A DNA stretch of 64,000 bases, taken from Leucoraja ocellata. Its lineage: Eukaryota. How positions within the stretch are numbered: the stretch's first letter is position 1; every line of letters starts with the position of its first letter. A model generated the notes under the pieces. It was not told the origin of the DNA. It did no database searches and saw only the letters and a program-made list of their open reading frames with translations. Location: assembly GCA_036785375.1 (NCBI GenBank), contig JAWMAR010000446.1, positions 248,001 through 312,000 of the forward strand, given 5' to 3'. Positions 12,016 through 25,342 of this stretch are shown here, in pieces. The position numbers and the translations under genes were made by a program.

Positions 12016-13246
12016 AGAAAAGCATCACTATTTTCCAAAATACCTCCCATGTTTGGATTTGTGAGTCAATGCTGCCACTGAGCCTATTGTTGTGACCACT
12101 TTAGTTTCCCTGTTCTTTAATTGTTTTAAAAGTAGACATTTGGTCGACTCTCTTCTCACCTCACATTATCTTGGCACAAAGTTTGGCCCATACATTGTTC
12201 CTGTGCTGTACTGTTCTATGGTCACTGTTTCATGGCTGGTCAGTGGTCAGAGCAAGGCTTCCGGGATTCGCTGCAGAGCCGGACAAAGGAAGACCCAGCC
12301 GGCCACTGCCTGCAAGGGAAGTTCTGAAGCTGCCTAGCTCGTCCCGGAAGACTGGCGAATCGCGGAGGAGGGAGCCGCTGGCGACGGTGAACGCAAGGAG
12401 TAGGCGGGTAGGAGAGTGACCGGGGTATTGCCTCCAGCGCCTTCAAGGTCGGCTGCAGGAGTTGCCCTCGGGACACGGTGGTGGCGGGCGGTGAGAGGGA
12501 TGTTGGTTCACAGGCTGTGCCTGTCGAGGGCGACAGAGGAGGCCCTGCAGCTGCCTGGAAGAATTTCACTGTCAGTCCAAGCCAATGTTACACTTTCACC
12601 CAATATCTACCCAACCCGTTTGATGTGAACTCTGTACAAACTTCACCAGCTGGCTGTAACTCACTGTGTAACTCTGTGTAACAGTGTACCTCACTCATCT
12701 TCATTCCCTGCTGTCTTTGAGCCGGTCTTTGTTTGAACTCATGATATGTTGAGTGCTGCAGAGAGGCTTGTTAGCAAGAGGGGCCGGTTGGGGATTATTA
12801 CAGTTGTGGCAGCACTGCAACAAGAGAAGAGTAAATAATAATTCAGAGCACATCATTAAGTCTGAAAATGTTGTGCAGGCACATGTTACAGATTTCACAC
12901 ACATTACTTTATACTTACTGAAACAGGTTTTACCAAGAATGTATATAATTACAGTTTCTCAAACTTGGAATTTATATCGCTACACCATTTGACACACTTT
13001 TTATCCTCTGCTCATCTTTGCAGTCACTTACATCCAAAATAATGTACCAATAAGGTCAAATATTTGCCACATTCCCTCTGCCTATTTTATGCCTTCAGCA
13101 GAAATGTTCAATATGTTGATGAATATGCATTGAACAAGAATATGTTTATGACCCCGTATCTTAAAGAGTATTTAATCCACAAAAATAAATTACCTGAATT
13201 CTATTTCTGCAGGAAGTCTGAAACTGGTCAGCAAGGGACATAAAAG

Positions 13247-13575
13247 GGCAGCATAGTGGTGCAGCTGGTAGAGCTGCTATCTCACAGCGCTGGAGACCTG
13301 GGTTCGATCCTGACCTCGGCTTCTGTCTGTGTGGAGTTTGTACTTTCCCTCTGTGACCACGTGGGTTTCTTCCGGGTGCTCTGGTTTCCTCCCACGCCCC
13401 AAAGACATGCGGGTTTGTAGGTTAATTGATCTATGTAAAATTGCCCTGAATGAGTAGGGAGTGGATGAGAAAGCAGGATAACGCAGAACAGATGTGAACG
13501 GGTGATCGATGGTCGGCGTGGACTCGGTAGGCCGAAAGGCCTGTTTCCAAGCTGTATCTCTAAACTGAACTAAAT
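13247..13575 (+). mobile_element. HE1-type V-SINE, full length
   Basis: ggcagcatagtggtgcagctggtagag...gggttcgatcc head through ggccgaaaggcctgtttcc...tctctaaactgaactaaa tail. Confidence 0.85.
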
Positions 13576-13872
13576 TGGCTTTGATCCCCACAGAATAAAT
13601 CTGTCCCCGGCGCACCATCTTTGACTGTAACACATTTGATCCTTTATCTGACACCCTCCTGCTGCATTACAAAATTAGGCCTAATTCCACCTCCAGAAAT
13701 AGAGTCCAACACTTCGCTGGCCTCTGCTCAGCTCCTCCTTGTCTATGTCTATGTTACCTTTATGTTGACTATTCCACCGTGTGGTCACCTCCACGTTCCA
13801 CACTCCGTAACCCTGATGTCATTCGAAGCTCAAGTAAAACACAAAACGCTGCAGTAACTCAGGTGATCAGAC

Positions 13873-14339
13873 TAGAGTTGCCAACTTTCTCACCCCCAAA
13901 TAACGGACAATAGGTCAAAATAAGGGACAAATTCCCGACGGCAAGTCATTGACCGACTCGGCCATGGTGGGTTGAATGATGAGTTGGCCCAGATACTGGA
14001 CTACACACAAAGCCCAGCCGGCGGGCCAGCTGAGAGTTTTTGCAAGCGATGTCGCGCCCAAAGTCCGGCATGCCATCCAACTCATGAACCGATGATCGGC
14101 CATGAGAAGGAGGGGCTGCTGCCTGAAAGAGCCACGGGCAAGATGCTGCTGTTGCACTCCATGGGCTGCACTACGTCAGGACGGGTGAGGCTGGGCCGGA
14201 TGCGGCACTAGGATGCGACAATCCCCTCGACCCGAGTAGTAGCAATCAAATATGGGACAAGGGCAGTCCCGTATGGGACAAACCAATTTAGCTCAATATA
14301 AGGGATGTCCTGGCAAATATGGGACAGTTGGCAACCCTA
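13873..14339. mobile_element. hAT-type non-autonomous DNA transposon (MITE)
   Basis: TIR tagagttgccaac / gttggcaacccta. Repeated subterminal GGGACA motifs. Degenerate 8-bp TSD gatcagac / ggtcatgc, both close to ggtcaggc of the interrupted Penelope-type repeat. Confidence 0.75.
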
Positions 14340-15906
14340 GGTCATGCAGCATCTGTGGAAGGGATGTTTCAGGTTGAGGCCTATCTTCAGACTGAGAGTA
14401 ACAAAATTGGATTATCTTTGGGCTGGTAGAGGTAACAAACTATATGCCTCAGGCATTAATGCTGCGACCTTACCAATTTATAATCTATACTAATGACTTT
14501 GATGAAGGGAAAGAATATAATATTTCCAAGCAAAAAACAAAAGGAACTCAGCGGGTCAGGCATCAGTGGATGGAATGGACACATGCCATCTTGAGTCAGA
14601 AGCCTTCTTCAGTGCTGCCTGACCCACAGAGTTCCTCCAGCACTTTGCCTTCTGCAGTACATTGTGTCGTCATTCAAAGCTTGGCTGCTCTGAAATAACT
14701 AGCCGAATGTCCCCACTCTCAGTTTAAATAAATTATGATTTAAACTGCTAATTCTTGTTTTCAAATCCCTCAATGAGGGTGGCCCATTCCAGTCCCTGAC
14801 ATCTATATAACCAGACCAGATACAAATTCCACCCATAAATCTGTCCGTTTGATCATCCCCGAAAATAATCCTCCATCACTGCAGCTTGTGCCTTCAGCTA
14901 CCAAGGTCCTGATCCCTGGAATCCACCCTCACTCCCTCCATCTTCACAACGTCCTGGAAACCATCTGGTGGAATATTTCCTCTGTAGCCTGCTATCAACT
15001 TTTGCCTGGTTACACTCCTGTGCACTGCCGTGGGACATTTTTCTGCACAAAATACAATTATAATTATTTATTGAGTTGGATTTTATTCCAGCCTGTGTTG
15101 GCTTCCAGACATTTTACCCATTTTGCTTTGTATTCCACCCAGGACACTAATATAACCATCAGCCATTAGTTTATCATAACCTCTTCTCACCTGCACCCAC
15201 CTATCACTCGCTTGGTTTTGTCCTGCCGCTCTCTTCCCCCCCCCCAACTCCTTGCCCACAATTAGTCTGATGAAGGCTCCCGACCCGAAAGGTCGCCCAT
15301 CCACGTTCTCCAGAAATGCTGTCCAACTTGCTAAACTGCTACAGCACTTAAATGTTTCCATGACTATTTACATTATTGTAACATCACAGCCATCATAGTG
15401 TTCGTTAGGCCACAGAAAATTCTTTTCAGTTTAACTCTTGACCGTCTTTAGATAAAGTTGGCTGGTTGACAGTGACGTTGACTTGTGAGAAATGCATTGG
15501 CCTTGGAGGTCTGGTGCACCAATGTGCATGGGGAAGGTAGGAACCAGTGGCTGAGGTTCAGCACATGGACGTCCGTGGGTGAGATGGTGAGGCATGGCTT
15601 CCGCAAGCAAGCAACATGAAGAAGGGTCCCGTCCTGAAACGTCACCTGCCCATTCCCTCCCAAATGCCGCCTGATCAGTTGAGTTCCTCCACCACTTGCC
15701 TTCTGCCTTTAAGTTGGGGATGGACTTTAACAATAAAGAGTTAGGGGAATGGGGCGTGGAAATTGTCGTGTCCATTGTGGGTCTAAATTGATTGGGGGAT
15801 TGTGGGCGCAACGTCCATCAGTTAATGAAAGGCGCCTGGAGAAAGGTTAGGTGGAGGATAGGATCCTTCTGAAAGGATCAGAGGATTACAGTTTTTACTG
15901 CTCTAT

Positions 15907-16215
15907 GGCACGGTGGCTCAGCGGTAGAGTTGCTGCTACCTTACAGCTTCAGAGACCTGGGTTCATTCCTGACAATGGGTGCTGTCTGTACAGAGTTTGT
16001 ACATTCGCCCCGTGACCTGCGTGGGTTTTCTCCAGTTTCCTATCACACTCCAAAGACGTGCTGGTTTGTGGGTTAATTGGCTTCTGTAAAAATTGTAAGT
16101 TGTCCCTAGTCTGTGTAGGATAGTGCTGGTGAATGGGATGATCTCTGGCCAGCACGGACTCAGTGGGCCGAAGGGCCTGTTTCCGCGCTGTATCTCTGAA
16201 CTAAACTAACTAAAA
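15907..16215 (+). mobile_element. HE1-type V-SINE, full length
   Basis: ggcacggtggctcagcggtagag head; gggccgaagggcctgtttccgcgctgtatctctgaactaaact tail. Confidence 0.85.
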
Positions 16216-16834
16216 AACTATGGCAGTTTTAATCTGAAAAGTCACACAAGATTGCTATTGGACCTGACTGGTGCTGTGAATGAAGATGCAGAATGTCTAT
16301 CATTTGAGAATGGTACAGATCTAAGTGAGAGTTAAGGTGACACCTACGGCATTAAAGATGAGGCAAATAATTAGCTCCCCCGCTGACCCATTTTTCACAG
16401 TTACGTTGTTGCCAAGTGACCACAGTGACTGGTTCTAGGTCATAAACTGTAAACAAATAGAAATTAAAATTTAGTGATAATTAAATTGAACCACTTCATT
16501 AATTTAATGTGAGTTCTGTGCAATGAAAATGACCAAGGAACGTGGTTCTTAAAATTCACTATTTGTTCATGAGTGAACAGTTAGTTCAATCTGATGTTAA
16601 ATCAATTTGCTTCTAATTTGCACCTATTAATGACAGGAGTCATGAGGCAATGAGACTTTATTTTCTGTATGTTTTCCTTTATAAATTATTGCGTAGAAAG
16701 ATTTATATCATCAAATGATAGCAAAATATTGCAGTATAATTGCTAAGTGGGATATTTGAAAGCTGCTAAATAAGATTCTTTACGTTTTGCAAGTTTTACA
16801 CATTGGACATTAAGATGACAAACTTTGTCCCTTT

Positions 16835-17120
16835 AGTCTTTAGACTCCAGAACTACAGTGCAAAAACAGGCCCTTCGGCCCACCTAGTCCATGCCGACCA
16901 GTGAACATCCTGTGCACCAGCACTATCTACACACTAGGGACAATTTGCAATTTTTACCAAAGCAAGTTAACCAATAAACCTGTACATCTTTGTAGTGTGG
17001 GAGGCCCATGTGGTCACAGAGGCAATGTACAAACTCCATACAGGCAGCACCCATAGTCAGGATCAAACCCAGGTCTCTGGCGCTGTAAGGCAGCAACTCT
17101 ACCACTGCACCACTATGCCA
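16835..17120 (-). mobile_element. HE1-type V-SINE
   Basis: Reverse complement of the same head, body and tail. Confidence 0.8.
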
Positions 17121-17177
17121 TCTTCACTTCCATCAGGAGAACAATGAAAAGCAACCAGTATTCATAGGCTTATGGCA

Positions 17178-17243
17178 ATTTCGTTGTCTCTGTACTGTAC
17201 ACTGACAATGACAATTAAAATTGAATCTGAATCTGAATCTGAA
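17178..17243 (+). mobile_element. Rex1/Babar extreme 3' tip
   Basis: atttcgttgtctctgtactgtacactgacaatgacaattaaaattgaatctgaatctgaatctga matches the reverse complement of ~22642-22706. Confidence 0.85.
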
Positions 17244-17494
17244 GGCATACCTTTATGTTCAATTTCCTTCTAAATTATGTTACCGTGATAACATCTGTAA
17301 GCCAACAATAAGCTTAATTTTTCTGGACTAACCATGTCGTGAGGATTCAACTATTAATATTCTGCCCGTTGGATAGAGATATGAAAAAACTTTAAATATT
17401 TTTTAGAAAGTAATTTTTGATTTGAATTATTATTTTCAACAATATACAGTAAACCATCAGCTGTGGCTAAAAATGCTGTGGGTTAAAAAAAAGG

Positions 17495-17830
17495 CTGTAT
17501 TCATTTTACTAAAGCAAGGCAAGAGACCATGCTGTTGATATGAGAACAGTTGGCATGGATGGGGAACTGATAGAATTTCTTGCAGAGTGGGTGAGCAGGA
17601 AAAGTCCAGTGCCTAAAACACAACCATATTTCTGTACATTTTTGCCATTTTGAGGGATTTAAATAATTAAACAATTCCAATTCAACAAAAATAGCTCAAA
17701 ACCATGTTTTAAAAAAATATGATGCTGGCAAAGTAACAAAGGTTTAATGGAGACACAAAAGATGCTGGAATTGAGCGTAATGCGAAGTGCAGGAGGAACA
17801 GAACGGGTCAGGCAGCATCTGTGGAAGGAA
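17495..17830 (+). repeat. Diverged direct duplicate, copy A (copy B at ~34347-34690)
   Basis: Shared blocks aaggcaagaga.catgctgttgat.tgagaacagttggcat.gatgggga and cctaaaacacaaccatatttctgtacat, followed in both copies by the same Penelope-type repeat. Confidence 0.8.
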
Positions 17831-20533
17831 CTGGACAGGCAATGTTTCAGGTCAGGACCCTAATTCAATCTGATGCCGTTGTCATTTGCTGTCCTATTTC
17901 ATTGTAAATAACTAAAGGACGTATGAATCTGTCTTTTTGTATCTGAACAAGTTCTATAAACTGATATTATTTTCAAAATGCATTATGTTGAAAGAAGTCT
18001 CTTAATCCAATGTCCAGTGTGTCTTCTCTTGACTTCCTCCTGGGGGTATGTGGCTGTATAGAAAGCTGGCTAAGTAGTGTTTGGAAATTTGGCAAAAGTG
18101 TAATGGAACAGTCACTTACTAATATATCATCTGTTAATAGTTTCCTGTCTGTTCACCTTCCAGTTTCTGAATGTTTAGCTTGTGGAAACTCCTGGGATAA
18201 ATGATATACTATTTATTTTTCACATAAATAAATTAGCACCGTTACAAAAGCAAAGTGTAGTGCGTGAAGGCACAAGAGTCTGCAGATGCTGGAATCTGAC
18301 GAAGGGATCGGACCTGAAACATCATCTGGCCATTCCCTCCACAGATGCTGCCTGTCCCGCAGAGCTTTGGCTTAGAGATACAGTGTGGAAAAAGGCCCTT
18401 TGTCCCACCGAGTCCACGCCGACCAGCGGGCACCCGTACACTAGTTCCATTCTACACACTAGGGACAATTTATAGAGGCCAATTATACGAATCTATACGA
18501 CTTTGGGATGTGGAAGGAAATCGATCCTGATCTTGGATGCTGTGTATGGAGTTTGTACATTCTCCCTGTGACCGCATGGATTTTCCCCTCACATTCCAAA
18601 GCCATACAGGTTTGTAGGTTGTTTCTTGTTTCTGTACAAAATCTTTTGCATTTAATCAACATTCCTTTTGCCATTTTATTTCTTTTGCCTTAAACCAAAC
18701 CATGTACCTTCCATTCCCTCCACAGAGGCAGGCTGGCCCGTTGAGTTCCTCCAGCACTTTGTGCTTCGCTGAATCACAAACCCTTCCCCTTTTTTCTTTA
18801 CTCTCCTCCCTCATCTTCTTTCTTTGCCTCTCAAATCATGTTTATTCCCAGCTGCATCTGCCCATGCTAACTGTGTTTCTCTCTCCATCAATGCTCTCTG
18901 ACTTACTTGAGTACCACAGGCACTTTCTGCTTTAATTGTAACAGCAGGTTTTAATTGTGTTCCAACTATATTATACATGCAAGGGAGGTTCTGTGCGTGA
19001 ATCTGATGTGTCTGATTGACATTGAACTTTTGGAAATAATGAGAGTATTCTTTAGCTTTGTTGAGTGAGATGTAATTACCATCAGAATTCACCCTAGGTG
19101 GAAGTCTAATTGTCAATTGGGGGGGAAATCTGAAGTAATTTCAGTTCACTGACACCTGATATAGAAGAGCATATGGATTTTAATTGGACGAGTTCCCATT
19201 TATTTACCTCTGCCGCTGATTTTAAACCCACAATCCGGTGACTTACAATAAAACAAATAGCAAGCACAGACTGTGGCCTCACTCACAAATCCACATGATT
19301 ACATATATTATTTTATTCATGAGACTCGATGCAATGTAGCTCAGAATCACAGAACAATTTCTCAAGATCCAAACGAATTAAAATTCCAACAATTTTCTGT
19401 CAACCTTCTGCCGCAATGGTTAAAAAAAATAAACGGAATAAATGATGCTGGATCGCTGGGTTTTGAGATAAGCTGGGAGCCGTGTACAGCAAGCAAATCT
19501 CCCATAGCTTCACACACTGTGAAAGGTCCTCGCTGTACCCCACAGTCAGTTTCCCTCATTCTCGGTTTCTTCTGAAAAATATTAATCAACCTCTGTACAT
19601 AATTAGCTGACCACGGTGGTCAGTTTTCTGAAGAGGTCTTTGTTTTCTCTGCATCACCTTTGGTTTTCAAATAGTGGGCCTGCAAGATAAATTTGATAAA
19701 AAAAATACTATTGGGTAGAGAATGACATTGCATTCAATCTGGCATCTACTGCCTGGTATTCAGTATTTGATATTAATGTTACTTGTCAGTAAGTCTGAGC
19801 AGCAGAGCCATTTTATAGCGAGATCTCCCCAGTATTATCTGCACAACTGTTGTAATTGACATCTTCCATTTAACAGGTCTGTGTTCTTGCCTGCCGTTGC
19901 CTAGGAGATGAGCAAGGGGCCTCTGCCAGGGAGTTCTGGTAGCCCTTTTTGCATAGTTTTGCTACAGAATCTTGGTCCTTCAATGTGTGCCAGAAAGCTG
20001 AGTAAATAAAATAGCACTGCCTTTCGTTTCCACCATTCAGGATATTAGAACAATGGCTTTCTGCCAATGCTATGTAATTGGGCACACCAAGGAGTGTGTG
20101 TAAAAAAAAAATCAGACAATTCGCATTCAATTATTGAAGACAAATTAAGTGCTGTTTCTGAGGCGTTGTTTGAGGCAGGGCTTGGAAGATTGCCCATTTC
20201 GCTCAGGCCATTTCAAACATATGTTTTTTTTTCACTTCCCTCAGGGCACTGCTGGATTAAGGGAAAAGAAAAATCAGACACATTTCTCTGTGCAGCCTCA
20301 AGTTTAGCTTGCTGCTGGCGTTGTTTGTGAGTCGGTGGGACTGGGCGCTGGGCCACACCGCACAGAAATGAGCGTGTGTTGTAGGCTAACGATGGTGTTG
20401 AGATGGCTCGTGTGTTGGGATTGTCATTTCACAGATGAAGTGTTTAACCCAGGCCCCTTCGTGTAGATGTAGCTACAGTTTCTGTCCCTTTCGTCACTGA
20501 CCCAAACATGATTCATACTGTCAGAGAAAGCAG

Positions 20534-20636
20534 CAATCAAAAAGGCCGAAACGTCACCCATTCCTTCTCTCCACAGATGCTGCCTGTCCCATTGAGTTAT
20601 TCCAGCACTTTGTGTCTATCTTCAATCAAAAAGGCC
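20534..20636 (+). mobile_element. Short Penelope-type insertion with 14-bp TSD
   Basis: CAATCAAAAAGGCC at 20534-20547 and 20623-20636. The insert begins at GAAACGTC of the hammerhead core. Confidence 0.8.
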
Positions 20637-21589
20637 ATTGGCAATTAGAAATAGATCTTACCCCCAAAAACACCTCACCAAAACGGGCTCTAAATGCAAC
20701 GTAAAGGAAGTGCTGGACTGGGATGTGGTGAGTTGTGGAAACATGCAATGAGCCATTACTTGTACTCACAGTTTTTAACTTCTTCGCTCTTTTTCAATAG
20801 GAGAGTGACAATACACAAACAGTCAAATGCACTGCGTCTGTTTCCATGTGCTTGCAGAGACAAAAGTTACGTATTTATGTCATAACTACTTCATTTTAAT
20901 AAAAGCAACCTTACCTACTCAAATGAAAAAGAATAATAGGAATACTGGAGATTAAATTAACAATAATTTAACTTACCATCATTTTATTTTAAAAACGTGT
21001 GTAGGAAGGAACAGCAGGTGCTGGTTTACACTTATGATAGCCACAAAATGCTGGAGTAATTCAATGGGCCAGGCAGCATCTCTGGAGAAAAGGGGTAGGA
21101 AATGTTTCAGGTCGAGACCCTTCTTCAGATCAAAAAAGTTGATTTATTCAAGCTTCGGACACCAAACTTTTAAATGCAGGTTACACTTTTTTGCCTTTTG
21201 GCCTCGCCGTCCTGTAGAAGTAACTCATGCCCCCACCTAGTTCCTGCCTAGAGAATACATTAACTTTGGAAGCGGTTGCTGTTCTGAATTACCTTCGCCC
21301 CCATGTTTAGGGTTTAGAAGGGTTTCACCAGCTAAGGACCAAATGCAGGTAAATGGGACCAGCCCAACGTGCTAACTTGGTTGGCATGGACAAGGTGGGC
21401 CGAAGGGCCTGTTTCTGTACTGTATAGCTCTATGAACCAATCTGCTGTTGTGATATAAACAATAATATGCTCCATCGGTACTTTGACCCAATAAGAATTG
21501 CGTAAAGACTTTGGGAACATAATTTCAGAACAAGATTCCAGCTGGTTTTCCATGCTTTAGCTTCATATATACCTGTGGTCTGGTCAGTT

Positions 21590-21880
21590 TAGTTTACTGT
21601 CACGTGTACCGAGGTACAGTGAAAAGCTTTTTTGTTGCACGCTAACCTGTGCTATCCAGTCAGTGGGAAGACTATACATGATTACAATCAAGCCAACCAC
21701 AGTGTACAAATACAGGGTAAAGGGAATAATGTTTGTGCAAGATAAAGTCCAGAAAAGTCCGATTAAAGATAGTTTGAGGGTCTCGAATGAGGTAGATGGG
21801 AGCTGATGACCGCTCCCTATTTGGTGAGAAAATGGTTCAGTTGCCTGTTAACAGCTGGGAAGAAACTGTCCCTGAATCTG
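21590..21880 (-). mobile_element. Rex1/Babar-type LINE 3' end (second family)
   Basis: Minus strand encodes RFRDSFFPAVNRQLN, like the Rex1 ORF end [14 protein letters not shown]. Related plus-strand ends lie at ~40690-40950 and ~48165-48580. Confidence 0.7.
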
Positions 21881-22641
21881 TAAATGAGAAATCTGTGCTG
21901 TGAATAGACCCATGCATTTTCTTCCCATTAAAAATCTAAAGGTGTTTATTTTTGTTTAAATTATAGAAGTGGGTAAGATATTTCAATATTTGCGATAACA
22001 TTACAGCATTGATTTATACTGTGACCTTAATTAGCAGAGCGGAATATCACAAGATGTTTCATAAGAATTGTTGGAAGACACGTTTAACACCAAATGGAAC
22101 GATGGTACAAAGTTTGTCCAAGAATCAAGATGCAAATTAAGGAAGAGGACAAGGTTTATGTTAGTCTTCCATTGTCAGACTAATATTCATGGAGAGATAC
22201 ATCATGAAAATATGTCCCTTGGCCCACCTAATCCATGCAATCCATCAAGCACCCATCTACACTCATCTTACAATAACCTATTTTGTCCGCCCCACACCCC
22301 ATCAACTGCCCCCAGATTCTATTGTATTCATTGTATTCAAATTCATTGTCATTGTCTCAATTTGAGACAACAAAATGAATTTCCCTTACAGTATCATAAA
22401 AAAAATCACAAAAAAATAAATAAATAATAAATAAATAATAAAACATATTAAAAATAAAATTGAAATTGAATTTAAAAAAAAGCACAAACACAGAAAGTCC
22501 ATGACACAACATAACATAAATGGCACCAAGGTGAGGATGGCACCATAGTCCAGCCAGCCTCCCCTCCGTGTTCATCTGTGCTCGGGGCCTTCCGAGCACC
22601 CGCAGTCGCCGCCCCAGGTGGCCCGATGTTCAGGCCCTCAC

Positions 22642-24860
22642 TCAGATTCAGATTCAGATTCAATTTTAATTGTCATTGTCAGTGTACAGTACAGAGACAA
22701 CGAAATGCATTTAGCATCTCCCTTGAAGAGCGACATAGCAAACGATTTGAATAAAAAATAAATAATAAGTGTCCCGGGGGGGGTGATTGGCAGTCACCGA
22801 GGTACGTTGTTGAGTAGAGTGACAGCCGCCGGAAAGAAGCTGTTCCTCGACCTGCTGGTTCGGCAACGGAGAGACCTGTAGCGCCTCCCGGATGGTAGGA
22901 GGGTAAACAGTCCATGGTTGGGGTGAGAGCAGTCCTTGGCGATGCTGAGCACCCTCCGCAGACAGCGCTTGCTTTGGACAGACTCAATGGAGGGGAGCGT
23001 GGAACCGGTGATGCGTTGGGCAATTTTCACCACCCTCTGCAGTGCCTTCCGGTCGGAGACAGAGCAGTTGCCATACCATACTGTGATGCAGTTGGTAAGG
23101 ATGCTCTCGATGGTGCAGCGGTAGAAGTTCACCAGGATCTGAGGAGACAGATGGACCTTCTTCAGTCTCCTCAGGAAGAAGAGACGCTGATGAGCCTTCT
23201 TGATCAGAGTAGAGGTATTGTGGGTCCAAGAGAGGTCATCGGAGATGTTGACTCCCAGGAACCTGAAGCTAGAAACACGTTCCACCTCCGTCCCGTTAAT
23301 GTGGATGGGGGTGTGCGTGCCGCCTCTGGACTTCCTGAAGTCTACAATGAGCTCCTTGGTCTTCTTGGAGTTAAGGGCCAGGTTGTTGTCAGCGCACCAT
23401 GCTGCTAAGTGCTGGACCTCCTCCCTGTAGGCCAGCTCATCGTTGTTGCTGATGAGGGCAATCACCGTTGTATCATCTGCATACTTGATGATGGTGTTAG
23501 TACCATGTACAGGTGTGCAGTCATAGGTGAAGAGGGAGTAGAGGAGGGGGCTCAGCACACAGCCCTGAGGAACGCCGGTGTTCAGGGTGAGGGTTGAAGA
23601 GGTGTGCTTGTCTAACCTCACAGACTGGGGTCTGTTGGTTAGAAAGTCCAGTATCCAGTTGCAGAGGGAGGGGTCGATGCCCAGGTTACCGAGTTTGGTG
23701 ATCAGTTTGGATGGAATAATGGTGTTGAATGCTGAGCTGTAATCGATGAACAGCATTCTTACATAAGTGTCTCTGTTGTCAAGGTGGGAGAGGGCGGAGT
23801 GAAGTGCCGTTGAGATGGCATCCTCCGTACTCCTGTTCTTGCGGTAGGCAAACTGATAGGGATCCAGTGTGGGGGGTAGGCAGCTTTTGAGGTGTGCCAG
23901 GACCAACCTGTCGAAGCACTTGGTGATGATGGGGGTAAGTGCAACTGGGCGGAAGTCGTTGAGGCTTGCCGCAGTGGAGTGTTTTGGCACTGGCACGATG
24001 GAGGTGGCTTTAAGGCAAGTGGGGACAACTGCTTGGGCAAGTGACAGGTTGAAGATGTCAGTCCAGACGTCTGTCAGCTGCGCAGCACAGGCACTGAGCA
24101 CGCGCCCGGGGATGCCGTCAGGGCCAGCAGCCTTACGTGCATTAGTCCTACTCAGTGCCACGTACACGTCGTAGGGGGTGAGTGTGAGGGGTTGGTGATC
24201 GGCAGGTAGCACAGCCTTGATGGCTGTCTCTAGATTGTCCCTGTCGAAGCGGCCATAGAAGTGATTAAGCTCCTCAAGGAAGGAGGCGTCGCTGGATGTG
24301 GGGGTGATGTTGGAGGGTCTGTAGTCCGTGATGGCCTGGATGCCTTGCCACATGCGTCGGGGGTCGGAGTTGTTGTTGAAGTGCTCCTCAATCCTGAGCT
24401 TATGGCAGTGCTTGGCCTTCCTGATGCCCCTCTTCAGGTTAGCCCTGGATGAACTGTAGGCTCGAGCATCGCCTGACCTGAAAGCGGTGTCCCGTGCTTT
24501 CAGCAGTAGCCTGACCTCGCTGTTCATCCATGGCTTCTGATTCGGGTATATGGTCACCTGTTTGAGGGAGGTGACACTATTGATGGTGGAGTTTATAAAG
24601 TCCAGAACAGAGGATGTATAGGAATCAATGTCCGTGTGAGAGTCAAGGGTGGCCTGGGCTGCAAACGCCTTCCAGTCAGTGTTTCCAAAACACTGCTGAA
24701 GTGTGAAGTCCGCTTCCTCTGACCAGACTTTAACTGTCCTTACAGTTGGTTTAACCCGTCTGATGAGTGGGGAGTACTTAGGGAGCAGGAACAATGAGAC
24801 GTGATCAGACTGACCAAGGTGGGGGAGGGGGATGGCTTTGTAAGCTTCAGCCATGTTGGT
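22642..24860 (-). mobile_element. Rex1/Babar non-LTR retrotransposon, 5'-truncated, young
   Basis: Uninterrupted frame, short 3'UTR and (CTGAAT)n tail. Nested within another element (22325-22641 plus 24861-24945), which itself splits an HE1-like SINE. Confidence 0.95.
22794..24860 (-). CDS. Rex1/Babar ORF: end of AP endonuclease plus reverse transcriptase (N-terminally truncated)
   Basis: GQSDH (APE end), [60 protein letters not shown]. The first ~30 aa of ORF 22794..24950 come from flanking DNA. Confidence 0.9.
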   Translation of the reverse strand, partial: TNMAEAYKAIPLPHLGQSDHVSLFLLPKYSPLIRRVKPTVRTVKVWSEEADFTLQQCFGNTDWKAFAAQATLDSHTDIDSYTSSVLDFINSTINSVTSLKQVTIYPNQKPWMNSEVRLLLKARDTAFRSGDARAYSSSRANLKRGIRKAKHCHKLRIEEHFNNNSDPRRMWQGIQAITDYRPSNITPTSSDASFLEELNHFYGRFDRDNLETAIKAVLPADHQPLTLTPYDVYVALSRTNARKAAGPDGIPGRVLSACAAQLTDVWTDIFNLSLAQAVVPTCLKATSIVPVPKHSTAASLNDFRPVALTPIITKCFDRLVLAHLKSCLPPTLDPYQFAYRKNRSTEDAISTALHSALSHLDNRDTYVRMLFIDYSSAFNTIIPSKLITKLGNLGIDPSLCNWILDFLTNRPQSVRLDKHTSSTLTLNTGVPQGCVLSPLLYSLFTYDCTPVHGTNTIIKYADDTTVIALISNNDELAYREEVQHLAAWCADNNLALNSKKTKELIVDFRKSRGGTHTPIHINGTEVERVSSFRFLGVNISDDLSWTHNTSTLIKKAHQRLFFLRRLKKVHLSPQILVNFYRCTIESILTNCITVWYGNCSVSDRKALQRVVKIAQRITGSTLPSIESVQSKRCLRRVLSIAKDCSHPNHGLFTLLPSGRRYRSLRCRTSRSRNSFFPAAVTLLNNVPR

Positions 24861-25342
24861 GCTCACGCCGGGCTGGTGGAACGCCGACGCCGAACCCCGA
24901 CGGTGAGCATCCTCCTCCTCAGCGGCCTGGACCTCCCGATCAGTCACCAAAACACACGGAACAATTAACAGCAGCCAATTAACCTAATAACTCGCACATT
25001 TTTGGGGCTGTGGGAGGAAACCAGAGCACCAGGAAAAGATCCATGTGGTCACAGGAAGAACATGGAAGCTCCACAGACAGCTGCAAAGGTCAGGATTGAA
25101 CCTGGGTCTGTTGGAGCCATGAGGAGCCAGCTCGACTAGCTGCACCACTGTATCTCCTGTTGATCGACGGGGGCAGCGGATGTTTTGCAGCTGAAAAGGC
25201 AGAGCTTTGGAAGGGAACCCTAAGCCCGGGGTTCTCTGCAGGTTGTGGGGCCTCGGGTTCCACACAAAAAGCTGATAGATAGGTTTTTTTTCCACCAACG
25301 GATTGGGTGGACTTTGACAGAAGAAAATAGGTTGAGCAAGCT

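Noticed and set aside
13247-13320. tRNA-like sequences here and at other SINE heads, including 36270
   Set aside because: A and B boxes continue into SINE bodies and tails; no complete cloverleaf.
17530-17560. catgctgttg...cagttggcatg as a pre-miRNA hairpin
   Set aside because: The stem is only about 6 good pairs; too short and weak.
24861-24950. N-terminus of the 718-aa ORF as a real start
   Set aside because: It comes from the flanking host element; the Rex1 copy is 5'-truncated within the endonuclease domain.
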